Of a stretch of DNA of 64,000 nt, positions 58,594-64,000 are shown piece by piece; position 1 is the stretch's first letter; the number at the start of each line of letters is the position of its first letter. The DNA comes from an uncultured Gammaproteobacteria bacterium (lineage in GTDB: Bacteria; Patescibacteriota; Patescibacteriia; JAHIZJ01). The position numbers and the translations under genes were made by a program. Under the pieces are notes generated by a model that did no database searches, was not told the origin of the DNA, and saw only the letters and a list, made by a program, of their open reading frames with translations. The stretch spans positions 251,042-315,041 of the forward strand of contig CAYJKP010000001.1 in the NCBI GenBank assembly GCA_964371245.1, written 5' to 3'.

Positions 58594-58621
58594 AAGACGC
58601 GGAACGAGCCGCGCCTTTTTT
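58594..58621. terminator. Probable bidirectional terminator between murB and the convergent 824-aa gene
   Basis: AAGACGCGG-aacgag-CCGCGCCTT followed by a T-run, with an A-rich run upstream. Confidence 0.7.
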
Positions 58622-58638
58622 AATACCCCAAGAAAACG

Positions 58639-61113
58639 TTATGGTCTGCCGAGACAGAGGATTGGATCGGTGCAGGTAAATGACGGTTTGGCGGTCAGCG
58701 GTCCGGCATTGGTAATACACTCCCCAGCGGTGTCATAGCTTTTCAGCGCGGCGTCAACGTCACTTGAAAGATCGGCCGTGCCTTCCATAAAGGAGGCAAG
58801 GAGATAGTCTGTCCCATTATCGCAATATATGAAACAGTCCTGGTACGTTTTATTGGCAAACGGATCTCCGCTCGCGGCCTTGACCGTGCAGCCGAGCTGG
58901 GATGCCGGCGAGAAACTAGAAGCGAGATAGGGTGTTAATTTTTCCCTGAGCGCTGACCAATTCTTTTCGCCCTCGACAAACGGCGTGTCGCCGGTGTCAT
59001 TGATATACAGTTCGAGCGCTGATTGAAATGTACGGAGGTAGGAGAGGCGTGCGCTGTCGCGCGTTTTCGGGCTGGACGTGGCGTCGCTCGGAGCGATGAC
59101 AAGTTTGCCGTCGCCGTTTGGATTGTAACCGTTATTTATTTCTTCGCCGTCTTTATAGCCGTCGCTATCGGTATCGTCTTTTTTCGGATCCGTACCGTAT
59201 ATTTTTTCAAGAGCGTTCGTCAAGGTGTCTTTATCATCATCAGCGATTCTATCCGCAGCTTCTTTTTCTTCCTGTGCATCTGCTACAAGCGACGACGAAG
59301 CAGATGTCGCTGTGTTTGTACCGTCGATATAATTTAATGATGATCCGTAGTCTGGCATGCCCTCGACCTCCTTCATTTGGTAGCTGAGCGTATAGCTGTC
59401 TTTTTTCACTGCATATTCATATGGCTTATTCGTATAGACATCGATAAAAGAAAGATTGTCGATAATATAATTGTAGCCAACGCATTCAAACGAATTTGAA
59501 GATAACGATGAATTAATTGAATTTACATTATTTGTATTGCCATTGGTATTTGTGCTCGTGTCTTTATTGAGGCATTCATTATAGCTTTCCTCTATCACGG
59601 TGGTTAGAGCCGAAAGTGTTTCTGGGTAGGCATTTTTTTTAGTTCTATATAGATCCAGCGCCGCCTGAAGATTCGAAATCCGCTGCTGTTGTGTTGTTGC
59701 AAGCACGGCTGCCTGACAATTTTCAGCCGGGATACCTGAAATTATGCAGACAACGTCATCCAGAGCTATTGTTTCATTTTCAGCAGGCGTTTTTACGGTC
59801 ATTGGCTGATTGACGTCTTTTAATGCGACGGTCCCAGTCAGCCGTATTTGCCGGTCTTTGAGATTTTCGTTCTGGGAATCAAGGGCAATTTTGTATGACA
59901 GGCTCAGCTTGGTCGGCAGCCAGTCTTTCGTTGAGAGCCAGAGGTCGATGGCCGCGTTATTTTTCAGTTGGTCAGTGAATTGTCGGAATTTTTCAGAATT
60001 AAGATACGTCATCATCTCCTGGTCGCTTGATAAATCCAGATCTGGATATTTTTCATTTAGGTATACCCCAAACGCCTGATACGTTTCAGCAGTTTTATTT
60101 GCATCGAACCACATCCGCCAATGCCGTTGCTCAACATCATTGATTTTTTCGTTTGCCAGTTTTTCTTTGATGACTATAAACTTGTGCTCAAGCGCGATGC
60201 GAAGTAGGTCCTTCATTATTTGCTGGCTGGACGTCTGATCCAGGGATGGTATGTTATTCCCTTGAAGAATAGAATTGCCAAGTTGGAAGTATGGGAAATA
60301 GGTATCAGTAAATGATGTCCGTTCAATTTTAATCCATTTATTGACGACCTGTTGGTATGACGTGCTGAGATCTGCGCCGGGTATGGCCGGGAGCTTGGTA
60401 ACTTTTACATAGGGGACTTGGTCGACAACTTTAAATTGGAGACCGGCTTCAACAGAAAGATCATTCCCCACATAACTGCCGCTCAATTCCATTTCACTGT
60501 TTGGCACCGTATTGTTGCTTCCAGCTGTATTGCCGAGACCGGGCAAGAGAAAACCGAGAGCCGAGTTTTTTGTGACGTCAGTATTTGTAGCTGCGTTCAC
60601 GTTGCCAGATTTATCAAACAGACCGGTTAGGAGAAGGTTGAGTGTTGAATCTTTTGGAAAGATCGAGGCGAGCCAGTCTCCGCTGGATGAATCATCAAAT
60701 GTATAATTCAGATTAGAATTTCCGTTTTGATTCGTATTTTCATCCGGCTGGAGCAAATTAAAATCAAGCGGCAGAACGCCCGCCTCCTTTGGTTCATTTG
60801 CAATGACGAGATCGTATTGATAGCGCCCGGAATTTATGGCGAGCAGGCTATCAAGGGCCTGGGAGAGGTTTTTTTCCTGATACTCTTCAACGACTGACGA
60901 TGTTATGAACGGTAGTTTAAAGGGGAGGATAATATATCCTTTGGTTGAGGCGAAGACGGCACCAGCGCCAAGAACGATCAGTACGGCGAACCCGATCAAG
61001 ACGTATAAAAAAAGCCGCTTCCGATTTGTGGGGGCGGTTGATTTTATCTTTGATAGGGAAGTATGCAAAGCAGACGGAGGGACAACAACGTGCGACTGTG
61101 TTGCGTTTTCCAT
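58639..61113 (-). CDS. Large membrane-anchored surface protein with two pilin/GspG-like head segments and a TSP3-like Ca-binding motif
   Basis: N-terminal TM segment; QRISNLQAALDLYR....YP; DDDKDTL....E..YGTDP...DTDSDGYKDGEE..NGYNP; RDSARLSYLRTFQSALELY. Confidence 0.75.
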   Translation of the reverse strand: MENATQSHVVVPPSALHTSLSKIKSTAPTNRKRLFLYVLIGFAVLIVLGAGAVFASTKGYIILPFKLPFITSSVVEEYQEKNLSQALDSLLAINSGRYQYDLVIANEPKEAGVLPLDFNLLQPDENTNQNGNSNLNYTFDDSSSGDWLASIFPKDSTLNLLLTGLFDKSGNVNAATNTDVTKNSALGFLLPGLGNTAGSNNTVPNSEMELSGSYVGNDLSVEAGLQFKVVDQVPYVKVTKLPAIPGADLSTSYQQVVNKWIKIERTSFTDTYFPYFQLGNSILQGNNIPSLDQTSSQQIMKDLLRIALEHKFIVIKEKLANEKINDVEQRHWRMWFDANKTAETYQAFGVYLNEKYPDLDLSSDQEMMTYLNSEKFRQFTDQLKNNAAIDLWLSTKDWLPTKLSLSYKIALDSQNENLKDRQIRLTGTVALKDVNQPMTVKTPAENETIALDDVVCIISGIPAENCQAAVLATTQQQRISNLQAALDLYRTKKNAYPETLSALTTVIEESYNECLNKDTSTNTNGNTNNVNSINSSLSSNSFECVGYNYIIDNLSFIDVYTNKPYEYAVKKDSYTLSYQMKEVEGMPDYGSSLNYIDGTNTATSASSSLVADAQEEKEAADRIADDDKDTLTNALEKIYGTDPKKDDTDSDGYKDGEEINNGYNPNGDGKLVIAPSDATSSPKTRDSARLSYLRTFQSALELYINDTGDTPFVEGEKNWSALREKLTPYLASSFSPASQLGCTVKAASGDPFANKTYQDCFIYCDNGTDYLLASFMEGTADLSSDVDAALKSYDTAGECITNAGPLTAKPSFTCTDPILCLGRP

Positions 61114-61147
61114 TTTTATTTTGATTATTTTTTGTATTACAAAATAA

Positions 61148-61176
61148 AGTATATCATATTATTTCGAAAAAGTCAA
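61148..61176 (-). promoter_or_regulatory. Sigma70 promoter for the 824-aa gene
   Basis: TTGACT-17 bp-TATACT with extended TG. Confidence 0.75.
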
Positions 61177-61191
61177 TATGTATTTTCTATG

Positions 61192-61224
61192 AAAACCGCC
61201 CGAACTCGAGTAGAGCGCGGGCGG
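61192..61224 (-). terminator. Intrinsic terminator of the small minus-strand unit
   Basis: CCGCCCG...CGGGCGG stem followed by TTTT on the minus strand; preceded by the hairpin GGCAACAG-CT-CTGTCTGCC. Confidence 0.7.
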
Positions 61225-61249
61225 GGAATCTGGCAGACAGAGCTGTTGC

Positions 61250-61438
61250 CTACGGGCAGGTCGCGCGAATGCGATCGATGGCCGCGCTCAAATGGAAGCA
61301 GATGGCGGCGGTTCGTCTATCGAGGTGGCGCGTGGCCTGACGCAGGGCGGCTCGACGCCGATCGTTGGTGCTACGGCCAGCGTAGCGACTTCCAGGCTTC
61401 CAGGGCTTCCGTACTTCCTTGGTCTGTCCCTTCTTCAT
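61250..61438 (-). CDS. Orphan 62-aa very basic peptide (or the transcript is a small RNA)
   Basis: SD-like AGGGGG 8 nt before the ATG; framed by a promoter at 61517-61545 and a terminator at 61192-61224; no recognisable family. Confidence 0.5.
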   Translation of the reverse strand: MKKGQTKEVRKPWKPGSRYAGRSTNDRRRAALRQATRHLDRRTAAICFHLSAAIDRIRATCP

Positions 61439-61516
61439 CGAGTCAACCCCCTAAGTCAGTCTTCCCTCCGTGGTCTGATGTCTAGCATCGATGCAGCACA
61501 ACTTCAAAAACAAGGA

Positions 61517-61545
61517 AGCGTAGCATAGAAAAGGGATCCTGTCAA
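61517..61545 (-). promoter_or_regulatory. Sigma70 promoter of the small minus-strand unit
   Basis: TTGACA-17 bp-TACGCT with extended TG. Confidence 0.7.
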
Positions 61546-61635
61546 TAGTTATAGCACAAATAAATAAAAAATAAAATATATTAAATCTTATTTTTCAAAA
61601 TAGTGGTTTCTACTGATGCGTACCACATCATGTTG

Positions 61636-61797
61636 TGTGAGAAATGCATAACCGGGTAATTTATAGAATAAACTTGACTTTTCCACATAAAAACTGTTGT
61701 ACCAAGGTGTTGACGAGTGTGGTTGAGTGGTGTAAAATGGTATCAGAGTGGTTGAAAGTGGATAAAAGTGGGGATAACCCCATTGAAGTGTGTATAA
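61636..61797. promoter_or_regulatory. Cluster of DnaA-box-like 9-mers upstream of mraZ
   Basis: Perfect TTWTNCACA matches at 61679-61687 (+) and 61789-61797 (-); single-mismatch copies at 61636, 61757 and 61769 (-). Confidence 0.6.
61710..61771 (+). promoter_or_regulatory. mraZ promoter with MraZ-binding GTGG repeats
   Basis: TTGACG(61710)-17-TAAAAT(61733). (G/A)TGG boxes at 61727, 61737, 61748, 61758 and 61768 with roughly 10-bp period. Confidence 0.85.
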
Positions 61798-61824
61798 GCA
61801 AAGTTATAAAAGAAAACGTTCCGC

Positions 61825-62256
61825 ATGTTTATCGGCGAATACCATCACACGATTGACGACAAAGGACGCCTGGCCATACCAGTGAAGTTTCGCGGCGATC
61901 TGACAAAGGGCGCCGTGGTCACGCGCGGGCTCGATAATTGTCTCTTTCTCTATCCAAAAGCGGAGTGGGAAAAGCTGGCTGAACGATTAGCCAAGCTGCC
62001 GATCAGCCAAGCGAACACCCGGGCGTTTTCCCGCCTGATGCTGGCCGGCGCGATGGACGTTGAGATCGATAAGCAGGGCCGGGTAAATCTGCCGGAGTAT
62101 CTTTGCAAATACGCGACCATAAAAAAGAAGGTCGTCATGGCTGGTTTATACAATCGGTTTGAAATCTGGGATGCTGCTGTCTGGGAAAAATATAAGCTCG
62201 GTACCGAAAAGAACTCTGGTGATATTGCCGAAGCCCTCGGGGAGCTCGGCGTCTAA
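61825..62256 (+). CDS. mraZ: Division/cell-wall cluster transcriptional repressor MraZ
   Basis: MFIGEY.HTIDDKGRLAIP, second DKQGR motif and EIWD. Confidence 0.97.
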   Translation: MFIGEYHHTIDDKGRLAIPVKFRGDLTKGAVVTRGLDNCLFLYPKAEWEKLAERLAKLPISQANTRAFSRLMLAGAMDVEIDKQGRVNLPEYLCKYATIKKKVVMAGLYNRFEIWDAAVWEKYKLGTEKNSGDIAEALGELGV

Positions 62257-62273
62257 GCCGGTCAGCGTATCGT

Positions 62274-63260
62274 ATGTTTCACAAATCAGTCCTCACGCGC
62301 GAGGCGGTTGAACAACTCAACCTGCGGTCGAATGACAATGTTATTGACGGAACGGTTGGCGGCGGGGGACATGCCGAGGCAATACTTGATCAGACGGCGC
62401 CGAACGGACAACTGATCGGCTGCGATCTTGATCCGGCGGCCGTGGCGGAAACGAAGCAACGTGTAGAGCGATTCGGCAATCGCGTCCATCTGTTCCAAGA
62501 CAACTTCCGAAACATTCATTCGATCTATGGTGAACAATTTCCTCATCTTCCAATTCGTGGTTTTCTACTCGACCTTGGGCTATCATCTTTTGAGCTCTCG
62601 GATCGGACCCGGGGTTTCTCCTTTCTAACGCCTGATGCACCCTTAGATATGAGATTCGGCCAGCCGAACGGCCAAAGCGGTCGGCGGGGAGGCCGGAAAG
62701 AAAGAACAGCCGCTGATATTCTAAACACGGCCTCGCGCGACGAACTTTACAATATACTCTCGGAGTACGGCCAAGAAACTAATTCAAACCATCTCGCCGA
62801 CGAAATTGTCCGACAACGGCAAAAACAAAAATTCAAAACCGTGGGCGACCTGGCCGCGGCGGTACTCCGGGTATATACATATAAGCTCCATTCACATACG
62901 AAGCAGCCGCGAGTGGGCAAGCGCCATCCGGCCACAAAGGTTTTTCAAGCGCTGCGCATCGCGGTCAACGATGAACTGGCCAGCCTGGCGGCGGTCATGC
63001 CCAGCGCGCTCACCATCCTTCAGTCCGGTGGCCGGCTCGCCATCATCACGTTCCATTCCTTAGAAGACCGGTTGGTCAAGGAATATTTCCGACGGGAAAG
63101 CCGAAACTGCATTTGTCCGCCCGAAACGCCGATCTGCGTCTGCGGCCATCGCGCGCAAATACGCTTGGTGACGAAAAAGCCGATCAAGCCGTCACCATCG
63201 GAAATTGATGAAAATCCGCGCAGTCGCAGCGCCCAGCTCAGGGTAGTCGAAAAAATATAA
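62274..63260 (+). CDS. rsmH: 16S rRNA m4C1402 methyltransferase
   Basis: DGTVGGGGH, DLGLSS, PLDMR, FQALRIAVNDEL, FHSLEDR and NPRSRSA. Confidence 0.97.
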   Translation: MFHKSVLTREAVEQLNLRSNDNVIDGTVGGGGHAEAILDQTAPNGQLIGCDLDPAAVAETKQRVERFGNRVHLFQDNFRNIHSIYGEQFPHLPIRGFLLDLGLSSFELSDRTRGFSFLTPDAPLDMRFGQPNGQSGRRGGRKERTAADILNTASRDELYNILSEYGQETNSNHLADEIVRQRQKQKFKTVGDLAAAVLRVYTYKLHSHTKQPRVGKRHPATKVFQALRIAVNDELASLAAVMPSALTILQSGGRLAIITFHSLEDRLVKEYFRRESRNCICPPETPICVCGHRAQIRLVTKKPIKPSPSEIDENPRSRSAQLRVVEKI

Positions 63261-63266
63261 ACACCC

Positions 63267-63635
63267 ATGTCAAAATACTTCTGGTTATGCAAACTGAATA
63301 AACAAAAACACGAAAAGGCACAGCCTCAGGGTTTCTGGCAATGCCTCTTTCGTTCTCGTTCGGCGGTCAATCTCTTATTCTTGGTTATCGCGATTGTGCT
63401 TGGTTCGCTGTACCTCTTCCAAGTCAATCGCACAGCCACGAGCGGGTTTGCTGTCAAAGATCTCAATACCCAAATAACGGAATTAAAAGAAAGCCATCAA
63501 AAACTTGAGTTGCAGGTGGCTGACCTTCAGTCGCTCCAGCAGATACAGTCAGCGACGAAGCGGCTTGAGCTGATTGCTCGGACAAAGCTCGAATATGTCC
63601 AGACGACAACTGGCGCTGTCGCGCTCGAAAAATAA
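63267..63635 (+). CDS. ftsL: Cell division protein FtsL-like
   Basis: Short cytoplasmic N-terminus, one TM segment and a leucine-zipper coiled coil; lies between rsmH and the PBP gene. Confidence 0.7.
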   Translation: MSKYFWLCKLNKQKHEKAQPQGFWQCLFRSRSAVNLLFLVIAIVLGSLYLFQVNRTATSGFAVKDLNTQITELKESHQKLELQVADLQSLQQIQSATKRLELIARTKLEYVQTTTGAVALEK

Positions 63636-63660
63636 TGGTTTAACGAGGCGGTAATTTCTC

Positions 63661-64000
63661 ATGGCAAAGGTCTGGCGGAAACATTACTCGGCGCAACGTC
63701 CCCCAGCGCGGAGATTTGACCGATTAACGTTTCTCGCGGCGGCCATTTTTTTATTTTCTGGATTTGTCATCTATCGTTTATTCATCCTTCAGGTGATGCA
63801 ACATCCGTTCTATGCTGCGTTGGCGTCTGATCAGCACGATATCTATGAAAAACTCATCCCCGAACGCGGTGAAATCCTAGTTCACGACAAATTCACGGGC
63901 GATCGGCTGTATCCGGTGGCGACAAATAAAACATACCATCTCGTTTATGCAATACCAAAACAGATCGAAGATCCGAAAAAAACTGCCGACGCCATCGCAC
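63661..64000 (+). CDS. ftsI: Class B penicillin-binding protein FtsI (3'-truncated by window edge)
   Basis: Own translation gives MAKVWRK...TM...RLFILQV..H..Y..LA..QH.....PERGEI; canonical position after ftsL. Confidence 0.85.
   Translation, partial: MAKVWRKHYSAQRPPARRFDRLTFLAAAIFLFSGFVIYRLFILQVMQHPFYAALASDQHDIYEKLIPERGEILVHDKFTGDRLYPVATNKTYHLVYAIPKQIEDPKKTADAIA

Noticed and set aside
61192-61510. RNase P RNA, tmRNA, 6S or SRP RNA
   Set aside because: Lacks the GAGGAAAGUCC and 3' RNase P motifs, tRNA-like ends, and the long central-bubble or SRP loop signatures.
61063-61528. Plus-strand ORFs 61063-61485 and 61292-61528
   Set aside because: Promoter, SD and terminator signals all support the minus strand, and these ORFs run across those signals.
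61550-61800. Chromosomal origin oriC as a firm call
   Set aside because: No dnaA/dnaN nearby and the boxes overlap the mraZ promoter. GC skew cannot be assessed from this window.

Overview
Gene-dense bacterial chromosome segment read with standard code 11 (TGA is used as a stop). Several features suggest a Patescibacteria (CPR) genome, probably Parcubacteria/ABY1-like: SD-poor genes, a secretin-less type IV pilus operon, PEGA, PsbP-like and CTxEAKxCxDG surface proteins, Asn/Thr-rich linkers, and presence of rplI. This taxonomic call is inference. 1-32 kb is a large surface-glycan locus with five GT4, two GT2, three GT-C-like membrane enzymes, two Wzx flippases, three SAM methyltransferases, a CapK-like ligase, DUF362, a WbpP-like epimerase, a WbpO/TviB-like dehydrogenase and rmlACBD. 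An adoK-surface protein-ahcY block sits inside it between two copies of an unusual heptamer-periodic palindromic element. 32-39 kb holds a PEGA protein, murA, ctpA, acyP, rplI, pyrG and rpmA. 39-48 kb is the type IV pilus operon, followed by an orphan gene and a PMT/ArnT-like GT-C. 50-64 kb is a rearranged dcw cluster (mraY...murB, then mraZ-rsmH-ftsL-ftsI). It is interrupted by an 824-aa membrane-anchored protein with two pilin-like head domains and by a small self-contained transcription unit. I recognised no tRNA, rRNA, CRISPR array, transposase or integrase. The most notable unexplained signals are the paired heptamer elements around the SAH-recycling block, two orphan mini-units with related terminators, a 12-bp direct repeat around a methyltransferase, DnaA boxes overlapping MraZ boxes, and probable leaderless murG/murD transcripts. 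All product calls come from motif recognition by eye; no database searches were run.
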